This document shows positions 13,705 to 25,358 of a DNA stretch of 64,000 nucleotides, one piece after another; positions within the stretch are counted from its first letter, which is position 1, and every line of letters begins with the position of its first letter. The notes beneath the pieces are model-generated. The model was not told the DNA's origin. It saw nothing but the letters and a program-made list of their open reading frames with translations, and did not search any database. Origin of the DNA: Podarcis bocagei (Eukaryota); assembly GCA_964188305.1 (NCBI GenBank), contig OZ076886.1; one strand, written 5' to 3'. The position numbers and the translations under genes were made by a program.

Positions 13705-13923
13705 CAGGCATGTCCAAAGTCTGTTTTGGGGGCCTAATTCGGCCCGCCAGTTGATTTAATCTGGCCCCCGTGGCATTATATGTCCTGAGGTAAAATCCTA
13801 TAAAAAAAAGCTCAGCAACTTCAAGCCTAAAAGCTTCAATCCTAAAAACCTCAAGAAGTTGGGGGTAAGATTGTAAAAAAAAGCTCAACAACTTTGGCTG
13901 GCCCACACGTACGTTCACCCCTG
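13705..13923. mobile_element. hAT (Charlie-like) MITE
   Basis: Ends cagg...cctg, cggcccgc subterminal motifs, 8-bp TSD ctctagat (13697-13704, 13924-13931). Confidence 0.75.
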
Positions 13924-14810
13924 CTCTAGATCATGTGGAAGGCTGTGGAGCCAACCATAGTCACAACCACATCACGCACATTTAATGCACATGGTTTCCT
14001 GCCACAGAACCCTGGAAACTGTAGTTTATCCCTCACAGAGCTACAATTGCTAGCACCCTTAACAAACTACAGTTCCCGGGATTGTGTGGGTGTGCCTTAA
14101 ATATGCACATGGGAATCAGCCGTCACAGATCAAGTACCAGAAACAGATTTTTGTTATACCGCTTCCAACACCAGGCTGTTGGAAGGACTCTATTGACACA
14201 TTCACCTGCAAAGAATCAAGGGCTGCCCAATCAAGTGATGGATGTGCATTTGCAAACAGGCCCATAATATATTATAAATAGCACTGAGCCAGGAGGACAA
14301 GCAGCTGCCAATCTGGGCATGGCTGCAAGAGGGCAACATTCCAACAAAATGTGCTTAGAGGGGGGAAAAACCTCCTTGTAACACAAGACAGGGTTTGCGC
14401 AAGTATTTGAGGAGTGCTTGTTCCCAAAAGGCATCTGCGAACTTCCCCACGCCTCTCTTCCAGATTGTGCCTCTCCCACGACAAAGCCTGTAAAGTCTTT
14501 ACCAGCAATATAAGAGGGCAGATCAAGAGAGATAAACAGCTCTTCCTTGCCCTTGGGAAGCCAGAAGGGGGCCAGACGACTCTCTGCGTTGACACACTGA
14601 AACTTTTTGGGAACACCTGTTGAATAGCATCTGGGCTTAAAGGCTTCCTCTGCAGTTGTTTTGATGGGATCCATTCTGCACGGATGCCCTTCTCCGGCCC
14701 ACCCTTCCCAGAATAATCACCATCTCCCTTGCAAATGAAATTGACTTAGGAAAAGGAAGCATCGATATCCTGTTGGAGTAGCTTCCTTCCTAAGTTGTTT
14801 CTTGGCAGAA

Positions 14811-14816
<6 letters not shown>

Positions 14817-14897
<81 letters not shown>
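14817..14897. repeat. Compound (CT)n(CA)n microsatellite
   Basis: Direct reading. Confidence 0.98.
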
Positions 14898-14899
<2 letters not shown>

Positions 14900-15199
14900 C
14901 TCTCCTTGCTCATCATAATACAGTATGTACTAATTTGTCCCTTGCTAGCCCCATATACTACCAGGGTCTTTTCCTGCAATTTCACAAGGGCCCTCTCTGG
15001 AAAGATTTTGGAAAGGGTTGCCCAGATCCCGGACTCTAGAGCAGGGCTTGTTGGAGGGCGCGTTTTGAAAGCCACGTTTCATAAAACGTTCCTCCAACAT
15101 CTCCTCGCAAACCTCCAAAGAACGCTGTTTAACTCCCGGGACCTCTTTCCATTTCGGCTCGTATTGCTCAAAGATCTACTTAAGGCACATCAAAAGAAA

Positions 15200-15960
15200 A
15201 CAAACCCGGAAAGAGACAGGTATCGAAAGCCGAAGCGCAGCGGTGCCGGTGGTGGTGGCGGCAACCGCCGTCTCAAGACAAGCTCAGCTTACCTCCGGGA
15301 GCTCGCTCGCTCCTTTCCGGAGGTCTAGCGCCGTCTGGTTCCTCGCCGCTCGCCGCCTTGGCTCGGGCTGCTCAGGAAGTCGCCGGGCGCTCGCTCGCTC
15401 GCTCGCTCAGCAGAGTGCGCAGCAAAACTCGACGGCGCGTCCTACTATAGGACGAAAAAGAAGCTTCCTTTTTTCGCCCAACCGCAAGGCGACCGCGCCG
15501 ATCGCCTCCGCGGCGTCTGCTGCTTGGTTTTTTTCTCGGCGCCGAGGAATCGCAGAGCTGCAACCTTTCGCTGGCCTTCGCCGCCACCTCTCCAGCTCCA
15601 GAAGTCAAGTGGGGACGGCGGCGGCGGCGGATGCAGCCGCTGCCAACAGCTACACTAAGGAGCGCCTGACTCACTCGCCCGGCGCGCTGCGCCCTGCCCA
15701 GTCCGGGAGATGTGCGCGTGGGTGCCTCTGTCCGAGGAGAGAGGTGGCTGCGCTGGGCACCTCTGCCCTGGCACCTCCAACAGGAAGAGGCCTCGGCTAA
15801 ATAAAGAGACGGACACAAACAAGGTTGCTACGAGGAAAGCGGGCAGGTGCTGCCCCGCTCCGAGGGCTTCCCGGCAGCGGGAGCAGCTGAGCCGGCCTCC
15901 CAAGATCTCTTGGCAGCAGAAAAAGATCTCGATCTCGTGGGCACAGCGCATGGCGGCCCC
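15200..15960 (-). promoter_or_regulatory. CpG island, probable PIK3R6 promoter and non-coding first exon(s)
   Basis: Very GC- and CpG-rich, not a recognisable TE. Minus-strand donors GAG|gtaagc (exon end 15293) and CGA|gtgagt (exon end 15675); ETS-like caggaagt/acaggaag and E2F-like ttttcgcc motifs. Confidence 0.7.
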
Positions 15961-17574
15961 ACTCAATCACTCGTCCTCAGGCCCCCTTTCAGCATTTCTG
16001 CGTGTTTCCTGTTCATCAGTTTCCTCCTTCTGAAATGGTAAACTTAAAAAAAAAAACTTTTTAAAAAAAGAAAGAAAGAAGAAGAAGTTGTATGTACTAA
16101 CCAACAACCACAGACGCACATCCTTGTTTTGTGGGGCGCACAGCTGAACCCCAAAGTTCTGTTTTGACACCACTTCCGAGCAACTCCTCAAGCTAGAAAC
16201 CAAAGATGGGCAGTGTGCTAACAAATCTTCATCCCAAAGGCCCATCAGTCAATGGACAATCCATACAACAAACGTGGGCAGGCGAGTTGAGGTTCTTTCA
16301 ACTAAGGTTCCCAGAGCATAGGAGCCAACTCCTAGGAACCTATATCCCTTTGGTCCCCAATAAAATATTTGAGGGAGCTGCCCCCCAAGTTAATTGGCCT
16401 TGTCATTCAAATGGGGGGGGGTGCCACGTCTTGTGATCGATTATGTGGGGCAGGGCTTACCTGCCCCCCCCCAATATTTTATTCAAGTTTGCACCCTACC
16501 AGATAGTGTGGGACTACAATTCCCATTGGCTAAGCTGGCTGGGCATGGTGGGAGTTGTAATCCAACACCACTTGGCGACTCAAGGTTGTTGAACGCAAGT
16601 GTAGTAGGCGTAGGGTGTAGTAAGGACGTATCCTGGGGAGATCTGGTTTCAAATTTCCACTCAGCCATGAAGTTTATTGGGGGACCTGTGCCAGTGGGCA
16701 CCTCTCAGCCTCACCTATCTCGCAAGGTTGTTGTGAATCTAAAAGGGGAACAGAGTACTCTATTCTGAAGAGGGGCATCTGAGCTGTTTTGAAGAGGAGT
16801 GGGGTTTTTAAAAATGTAATAACATTCAATAAAGACAACTGGTCATGATCATGGAGTAGAGAATGATTCTCCAACCTCTGAAGCTGCTCCAGTTTCCAAA
16901 TTCCACCATCTTTGAGGCTGAGAACGCACAATACCTTTAAAGCACATTAGAAAACACCCCCCTCTTCCCAATAATTGGTGTGTTAAGGGTTTTTGGGAAT
17001 TGAGGGTGAATGACAGTGCCCACAATTATTTGAGAAAGAATGTCCTTTGAATAGGCTATGTGTATGAAGCCTGGGTTTAGTGATCCAATCTCCCTCTCAA
17101 GGACCTTTGTGCACAGCTGCTCCTCAGCTCCTCAGCTCCTCAGAGGCTCAGTTCACTCCAGGCTCAGGTCCAAGTGAGGCTTCAGGGTCATCTCTTCTTA
17201 GATGTGCAGCCTTATTCCAGATCATATGTTCAGGGGTCTGTGACAGAATCATCCTGATTTAACAGAGCATGTTGCAAGCACATGGCAAAAGTGCAGGGAC
17301 AACAGGATCCTTATATGGGAAGATCTGAACCCCCATGGGTTTAAATGTTTACCAGAGGCACTTTCCTGCAGATGCAAAGCAGGAAGCCTTTCAAGAGAGT
17401 ACTTGCAGTATCTGATTTCTAAAAGTTAAACAAACTCTGTAACTAAGAACTCATGCATGCAGCTTGATTTATTCCCCCTCCTCCTTCCCAATTCCTTTTC
17501 CTTTTGTGCTGTGCCTTTTGTGCTGTAAACCTCAGGGCAGATCACCTGACATTTATAAGCTGATCTGGGAGAGA

Positions 17575-17868
17575 TAATTTATTACTTATACCCCACCCAT
17601 CTGGCTGGGCTTCCCCAGCCACTCTGGATGGCTTCCAACAAAATATTAAAATACAGTAATGCATCAAACATTAAAAGCTTCCCTAAACAGGGCTGCCTTC
17701 AGATGTCTTCTAAAAGTCTGGTAGTTGTTGTTCTCTTTGACATCTGGTGGAAGGGCGTTCCACAGGGAGGGCGCCACTACCGAGAAGGCCCTCTGCTTGG
17801 TTCCCTGTAACTTGGCTTCTCACAGTGAGGGAACCGCCAGAAGGCCCTCAGCGCTGGACCTCAGTGTT
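17575..17868 (-). mobile_element. L2-type LINE 3' fragment
   Basis: Reverse-complement homolog of 47560-47860, with tail ccccacccatctggctggg...cccagccactctgg. Confidence 0.75.
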
Positions 17869-19123
17869 TCTGCTTTGGCTGAAGGGTATGGGGGGGAAAT
17901 GCGTTAAAGAAATAAATATCCAGCAGATCATTGAAGACTGGTTTAAAATGCAAGAAATAATTCATACAGATGAGGACAATGAATTTCACTACATGGGTTG
18001 GCACACACACTACACAATCTCACTCCCATTTCTGCAGGAAATTATCATCCAGTGGTGGCAGGTGTCCATGGAGCTGGTAGGGCAGAAGGCAGGGAGACCA
18101 ACTGCTTGCTGGCTGTCTCCCATCTGTTGCCTCCACTCTGCACACAACCCACCCTTAAGCAGGAAGCTAGATGAAATGTTGAGTATATTCGTTGATTAGA
18201 TTTTGGGGAGCAGGGTGAGGAGAGAATTGGATTAGGTTAATAATAGTGGGGAAACAGTGTCTTAACCACTCCCTCGCCATTTTGCTGATCCAAATCATTG
18301 CCTTCATTTCTCTTAAAGTAGATCTCATGACAAACTTTATTTTTAAACTCACGTACACCATACCAGTGGTCAGATGAGGGTGCAATCAGATAAAAACAAG
18401 CTAATTTTACTCATCAGCTGGATAGGGATGTGATAAATGTGACAAACACAATGACATTATCGCTTCCCTTAATGTAAGAAAGTGAAAATCCTGAATTGTC
18501 AACAACCATCTCAGAAGTTTCTCATCTGAATTCCTGTTGACAGCCAATAGTTCACAACTGAAACATTCAACCCCCCATATAAGGCCAAAACTTCCCCCAA
18601 AGACCAAATAATACTTGAACATTTCAGCTGCAAGGTTCCTCACGAGACAACAGCTTCGGACTTAAAGGGTTTCCTGGGTGAAAGTTGTAGTCTTTCAAAA
18701 GGAATTCACTATGTGCCCAGCAGGGGATAGTTTGGATGATGTTTGAATGCCCATAAACACACAAAAGGACTTCAGATTTTAATTTTCACTCTTCATTTGA
18801 GAATGCTAAGAGCAGGGAGGATTTTTAAAGCATTAAACAAGCAACTTTTTTTGCATGGTGGGGGAGAAAAGAGGGACATATAATGATAGCTGTGGCACAG
18901 GAAAACATGAGTGCCAGAAGCAATTTAGATTACTACAGATTGTTTTTGCACATGTTTGGAAAAAACAACCTTAAACACATGAAGTGAAGCTATTGGAAAT
19001 AAGTGCAGCTGGTTACTGCAGGTACCTGCAAGATGGTCTAGGCTGGGGTCTAAGCCAATTTGGTGCCCAAGTCTGCAAATTTGTGGTTTTGTATTATATT
19101 TTAGTTTTAGTGTACTGTACACT

Positions 19124-19492
19124 GATGCGGGTGGCGCAGTGGATAAAACCTCAGCGCCTAGTACTTGCCGATCGTATGGTCGGCGGTTCGAATCCCCGCG
19201 GTGGGGTGAGCTCCCGTCGTTCGGTCCCAGCTCCTGCCCACCTAGCAGTTCGAAAAAACTCCTAAGTGCAAGTAGATAAATAGGTACCGCTTTATAGCGG
19301 GAAGGTAAACGACGTTTCCGTGTGCTGCGCTGGTGCAGGCTCACCACAGCAGCTTCGTCACGCTGGCCACGTGACCCGGAAGTGTCTCCGGAGAGCACTA
19401 GCCCCCGGCCTCTTAAGCGAGATGGGCGCGCAACCCCAGAGTCGGTCACGACTGGCCCATATGGGCAGGGGTACCTTTACCTTTACCTTTAC
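19124..19492 (+). mobile_element. Sauria/Squam1-type SINE, full length
   Basis: tRNA-like head with box B ggttcgaatcc, (accttt)n tail, flanking direct repeat tacactga. Confidence 0.9.
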
Positions 19493-19675
19493 ACTGACTA
19501 GGCTCAAGAGATACAAAGGAGTTCTTTTAACATCAGGTTTTATTGAACAGTCTACTTCATCGCTTTTTGAAATTGCATGTTAGCCATCTAGAGTTGTCGA
19601 AATAAGCCAATTTGGTGCCCAAGTCTGCAAATTTGTGGTTTTTTATTATATTTTAGTTTTAGTGTACTGTACACT

Positions 19676-19825
19676 GACGCGGGTGGCGCTGTGGGTAAAA
19701 CCTCAGCGCCTAGGACTTGCCGATCGTATGGTCGGCGGTTCGAATCCCCGTGGCGGGGTGAGCTCCCGTCGTTCGGTCCCAGCTCCTGCCCACCTAGCAG
19801 TTTGAAAGCACGCCAAAGTGCAAGT
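19676..19825 (+). mobile_element. Partial Sauria SINE (5' ~150 nt) within a local duplication
   Basis: Same SINE head preceded by the same 73-bp unique flank as the 19124 copy. Confidence 0.85.
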
Positions 19826-20541
19826 TTGCAACTGGTGTAAGATAATGCTACTCACCCTGAACCTTTGAGCAATCTTCTTTCTGCACAATTTCCTACTACT
19901 ACTACTACTATTAATTATTATTATTTTCAGGTTGAAAGTGAACTCACATGACAAAGTCAAATAGCACTGTCCAATTATTGGAGACTCTGTGGCATGATGG
20001 GATGGGTGATATTCAATGAGGTTTTGCTCAGGCAGTGTGTATTGCAGGAATGTTGTTTGACTCTGCCTCCCTTCAGCCCCAGCCACTGTGGCCAATGGTC
20101 AGAAATAACAGAAGCTGGAGTCAAACAATTAGCGGCAGACCTGATATACCCCATCCCTCCTGCCATATGATGTCCCCCTTCCATTTCATTCACACAACAA
20201 CCCTGTGAGGTAGGTTAGCCAGTGAAATTCATGTCTGAGTGGGAATTTGAACCTGTGTCACCCAAGTTCTAGTCTGCCTCCTTGGTTTTGTATTGAACTT
20301 CGTAGAAGACACACAGAGCAGGTGCAGGAGGATCAAATAATCACTTTTTTGCTGATGGACAAGGCTTTATTGATGCTAATTGTGTAGGATTCTTTGGTGC
20401 CATCCAGTGGTTCAACTATGCAACAGCCTTCCCTTGGCTAAAAAGCAGCCTTAATATTAGAAGGAAGCAAATGAGAAAGCATATTAAAAACAACGCAGCA
20501 GTTTTTAAAACATGTAGAGTCTTGATTTATGAAAATGTGGC

Positions 20542-20547
20542 TTTATT
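20542..20547 (-). terminator. Candidate distal polyadenylation signal of PIK3R5
   Basis: AATAAA on the minus strand in an AT-rich block with upstream TGTA motifs (about 20600-20630). Other AATAAA at 20844-20849, 22529-22534 and 24347-24352. Confidence 0.35.
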
Positions 20548-20725
20548 TCAAATAAATTTACAATAAAATATCTCAACAATATTTTATAAAATTAGGTCAC
20601 AATATAAAATTTACACAGTGGGTTTATGTACAAAAGCAAGCAACTCCTGCATCTATTAAGGAAATGCGCCAACAGACAAAAGGTACTCAATTTCAGTAGA
20701 AAAGTTTGCATTTATAATGTACACA

Positions 20726-20794
20726 CTTCCTTCCTTCCTTCCTTCCTTCCTTCCTCCCTCCCTCCCTCCCTCCCTCCCTCCCTCCCTCCCTTCC
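20726..20794. repeat. (CCTT)n(CCCT)n microsatellite
   Basis: Direct reading. Confidence 0.95.
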
Positions 20795-21219
20795 CAAAGC
20801 TTCTTACAAACAGCTTCTGAAAACCACAGCGCATCACTCTGCCTTTATTGCCACAAATTGCTTTTGCAGGCAGGTCTGTGGCAGTGGTCTTGAGAGGGTA
20901 AGGTGTTAAGATTGCAACTTGAAACCAAGGGCAAACAGCTCATTTTAAGGAACAAAATCAGTGCTTTAAAAACAAAAAACAGGGCATACAAAAGCTGTTA
21001 AAAGCACCACTTTGTGGCATCCCATGGCTTCTGTGTGTGCACCTTTCCAGAAGCTTTCTAGGGAAGAATTTGAGACTTGACATCCTTGTCCTCAATTCTT
21101 CACCCAGCAGTTTCTTGATCATTGAACTACTAGCTGATACTTTGAGAAATCTGCATTGCACCTGACCCCAGGTTGTTCCTCTCCCTGAGAAAAGAATATG
21201 CAACTATTGCCCATGCAAA

Positions 21220-21222
<3 letters not shown>

Positions 21223-21265
<43 letters not shown>
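21223..21265. repeat. (TG)n microsatellite
   Basis: Direct reading. Confidence 0.98.
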
Positions 21266-21266
<1 letters not shown>

Positions 21267-22507
21267 CAATAAGAATAAAAAGTGGAATGAGAAGGTAGGA
21301 GGACCCTGTTCACCTGGATTTTTCCTTTCCACATTCTGCTGACACTAACACACACACAGACACTCCCTGCAACTGGGAGTTCAAAATGCCCCTTTAGTCA
21401 CCACCTCCCACTATCAACAATCAGTTTCACCCATTTGCATTCTCCTCTCAAAAGCAAGCAAGTAAACAGCATGTATTATTATTATAACTTTCATGTAAAA
21501 ATGGCTTAATTCAAGTAAGAAGGCAATTAAAATGGACCTCAGTGCTACCTACATTTCTCAGGTTAACATTTTGTTTCCATCTTCAGGGGGGAAAGGAGTC
21601 CCACTCTATACCAAGGATGGAGAACCTGAGGTCCTCCATATATTGTTGGACTCCAGCACTCATCAAGCCCCAGCCAGCATGGGCAATGACGAGGGAAGGT
21701 GGGAGTTCATCATCATCTAGAGGGCCATCCCTGCTACAAAACAAGAGAAACCATGATAGTTCTTTTCCAGTTCTGTTATGAGGCTTCTTTGCCTCTTTGC
21801 TACAGCAACCGCTCATTCATAAATTCTGCAATTGTGCCTCCTAAAATGATTCCACCTGGGTGTCGCAAATCTGGAGCAACACAAGAGCATATAACACCCT
21901 GCATTCCTCGATACCAGGAATGGGGGAAAAGTACCCATCTGCATGTTGTTGAACTCCCAACTCCCATCATCCTTGACTACTGGCCATACCCAGCTGAAGA
22001 TGGTGGCATAGTCCAGCACCACCTGGAGGAACATGGGCTTCCTATGCCTGGAATAAAAGCATTGCTTGCCAGTAACAGCTCAAAGCCATCCAATTCTGTA
22101 GGAAGTTAGGCAAATAGAACAGGTTTGCTCCAAAGGCTCTCCTGCAGAGAAGCAGGGCATCCACTGACAACCATAGATGGCTATTAGTGTTTTCTTCTCC
22201 GATCTTATTTTTACAGAGAAGCACTCTGGTTCATCTAACATTTGTCATCAAACCATTCTGTTCCATTTGAGAGCACACCCTGCTCCAATCTGCCCTTCAG
22301 TTTCATTCAGTGCATGTTCATTCATTTTGCTCGCTTCCTGCCACTGCCCACCCCCTGCTGGCCACCAAATTCCAAATTCCAGCTCCTGGTGACTCTTAAC
22401 AGACTGAGCACCAGGCAATTTTAACAAAGAAAAACCCAAGGTGCAACATACCGCAATCCCTGCAATTTGTGAATGGCAGCAAAGCATAAGCACAAAAGCT
22501 GCATTCA

Positions 22508-24208
22508 TTTTTTTTTTTTTAATAAATTTTTATTGGTTTTACAGCATTTTTTTAAAAAGAACAAACAAACACAAAACAAAACAAACATACAAAATACTTT
22601 CAAAGATATTTTCATAAACCTCTTTTCTTGGACTTCCCCATACCCCCCCTCTCTGCATCCCAGTGTCCATATTTGAACTAGCAACTCCCAGTTGTTACTT
22701 TCTAATCTCTGTCATCTTAGTCCTCCTTTATTATCTAACCTTGTATCCCTGTACCCTGTTACTTCTAGCAACCACAACATTTTAACATTCGTTGAGTTTG
22801 TAGTAGTCCTTAAGATAGCTCTTAAATTTTTTCCATTCTTCTTCCACCATCTCTTTACGTTGGTCACGGATTCTGCCTGTCATCTCAGCCAGTGTCATAT
22901 AGTCCATCACTTTCATCTGCCATTCTTCCAGAGTAGGTAAATCTTGTGTCTTCCAATACTTTGCGATGAGTATTCTTGCTGCTGTTGTGGCATACATAAA
23001 GAAATTTCTATCTTTCTTTGTCACCAATTGGCCGACAATGCCCAAGAGAAAGGCCTCTGGTTTTTTGGAAAATGTACATTTAAGTACCTTTTTCATTTCA
23101 TTATAGATCATTTCCCAGAAGGCCTTTATCTTCGGGCATGTCCACCAAAGGTGGTAAAAAGTACCTTCAGTCTCTTTACATTTCCAACATTTATTATCGG
23201 GCAAATGATAGATTTTTGCCAGCTTGACTGGGGTCATGTACCACCTGTATACCATTTTCATAATGTTTTCCTTTAAGGCATTACATGCCGTAAATTTGAT
23301 ACCGGTGTTCCATAACCATTCCCAGTCATCTGACATAATGTTATGTCCAACATCCTGCGCCCACTTAATCATAGCAGATTTAACTGTTTCATCCTGTGTG
23401 TTCCATTTCAACAGCAAGTTATACATTCTAGATAAATTCTTAGTATTGGGTTCTAGCAATTCGGTCTCTAGTTTTGATTTCTCCACTTGGAAACCGATTT
23501 TCCTATCCTGTTTAAAAATTTCCATTATTTGGCGATATTGAAACCAATTTTCTACTTTGTGCTTCAATTTCTCCTGACTTTGTAGTTTAACCTTGTCTCC
23601 ATCCTGTTCTAAAATTTCCCAATACTTCGGCCATCCGACCTCCATATTGAGTTTCTTCACTGCTTTAGCCTCCACTGGTGACACCCATCTAGGGGTTTTA
23701 TTTTCCAATAAGTCTTTGTATCTTATCCAGACATTAAATAATGCTTTTCTAACAATGTGATTTTTAAAGGTACTGTTAACCTTGTCATACCAAAGATATG
23801 CATGCCAACCAAAAGCATTATTGAAGCCTTCCAGATCCAAGATGTCTGTATTCTCGAGGAGCATCCATTCTTTCAGCCAGCAAAACGCTGCTGCCTCATA
23901 GTACAATTTTAGGTCCGGCAGGGCAAAACCCCCTCTTTCTTTAGCGTCAGTCAGTATTTTGAATTTAATTCGGGGCTTTTTGCCCTGCCAGACAAATTTC
24001 GAAATGTCTTTGTGCCACCTCTTAAAACATTCCATCTTATCAAGAATCTGCAAGGTCTGAAACAAAAATAACATTCTAGGCAATACATTCATTTTAATTA
24101 CTGCAATTCGGCCTAACATTGACAGTTTCAGATTTGACCATATTTCTAGATCTTTTTTAATCTCTGACCAACATTTTTCATAATTGTCCTTATACAAATT
24201 AACATTCT
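22508..24208 (-). mobile_element. L1-clade LINE, 5'-truncated and young (ORF2 C-terminus, 3' UTR, polyA)
   Basis: Uninterrupted ORF 22782-24197 with post-RT motifs (GRIAVIKMNVLPR, GGFALPDLKLYYEA) and CCHC knuckle CWKC...HLWWTC; AATAAA plus A-tail at 22508-22534; 16-bp TSD acaaaagctgcattca at 22492-22507 and 24251-24266. Confidence 0.95.
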
Positions 24209-24252
24209 TACTCTGGCTTCTCCTCAGATCGTATAAATCTTTCGCCTTTTAC
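24209..24252 (+). pseudogene. U5 snRNA 5' fragment (nt about 2-45, through invariant loop I), retrocopied with the L1
   Basis: tactctggcttctcctcagatcgtataaatctttcgccttttac versus vertebrate U5 as recalled, ATACTCTGGTTTCTCTTCAGATCG(C/T)ATAAATCTTTCGCCTTTTACTAAAG; about 2 mismatches in 44 nt. Confidence 0.9.
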
Positions 24253-25210
24253 AAAAGCTGCATTCAGCTCCAGCTGTAAAAAAAAATACCCCGCCTCTGT
24301 TGTTATGGACTCGTTTGTAGGGCAGTAAGTACCATCATCATCATTTTTTATTTGTATGCCACCTTTCCACAGTTAAAAAAAAATGCTCAAAGGCGGCTTA
24401 CAGCATAACAAGATTTACATAATTACAAAAGTTATAAACAATAAATAAACCACATCAAAAAATACACAACCAAATGGGAAACAATTTCCACATAAATCAA
24501 AATCTAAAACTAAGAATATACCATTCATATCAGAATTTAAAATGGCATAGGTAAAAAACAAAACAAAACAGAGCCCTCTCTGCCCAGCAGCAGTAGCGGC
24601 AGCAGTCCTTTATAGAGCCCATCAGGCCCCGCCCTGGGCAGGACTGTGAGTGGCAGGACTGGGGCCCTCAGGCACTGAGCAGGGGAGTCCTCCTGGGTGG
24701 TAGCCACAGCAGCAGTTCTTATAGGTCTGTCAGGCCCTGCCCTGGGCCAGTCCCATCAACAATGCCCTGTTTAAAAGGGGGAGCAGACAGCTGCAATTCT
24801 CTCGCTCTCAATGAAGTTTTTCAATGGTTTAGCAGAAACTGGCCAGTCAAACCCTCCAACTTCTCTGCATTTCAGATGTGCCCCCATCACGTCCATGCCA
24901 TGTCATCTGCAATCTCTCTCTTTCTCTCTCTTCAGCACTCATGGAGAAACCACAGATGGTAGATATTCTTTCCCCTAAAAAACACCAAACCCTTTCATAT
25001 TCCAGGCGTGTCAAGTGCCTTGTTTCCCAGTTCTGGGAGGACTACCATGCCCTGCTTCTGCTGAAGCCAAACTATCCAGCATGGGCAGGAAGACGCATGC
25101 CATGGGTTTTCCTCTTTCAGTGGAGGTCCATCTCCATTGGATGCCTGGTAGCACATTTGATCAGCACTGGGAGTTGGAAGCCGTTCACTCACTCCATCCT
25201 TTCTGACTCC

Positions 25211-25358
25211 CTAGGGCAGTGCCCCACTGAAGGTGGCAATGGGTAAGCAGAGAAGAGAGCAGAAGTCAGAGGAATTTTGGGTAGGGAGAAGTGAACAGGG
25301 GTTCTCCTCAATGCAGGGCTCACTGATCTTGGGCTTGTAGCATGCAGAGACTTCACAC
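25211..25358 (-). CDS. PIK3R5: PIK3R5 last coding exon
   Basis: (R)[10 protein letters not shown]...[18 protein letters not shown] then TAG at 25213-25211. Confidence 0.95.

Noticed and set aside
14795-16041. Several long ORFs (up to 185 aa) over the CpG island
   Set aside because: Low-complexity Ala/Arg/Gly or microsatellite-derived translations in overlapping frames on both strands; expected for GC-rich DNA, no recognisable protein.
19124-19210. tRNA gene (also at 30366 and 32220)
   Set aside because: A/B-box-like motifs are SINE heads that continue into SINE bodies; no complete cloverleaf.
24209-24252. Functional U5 snRNA gene, or a U5-targeting site-specific LINE insertion
   Set aside because: Only the 5' 44 nt are present, with no Sm site or promoter. 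The rest of U5 is not on the other side of the L1, and the TSD encloses both pieces.
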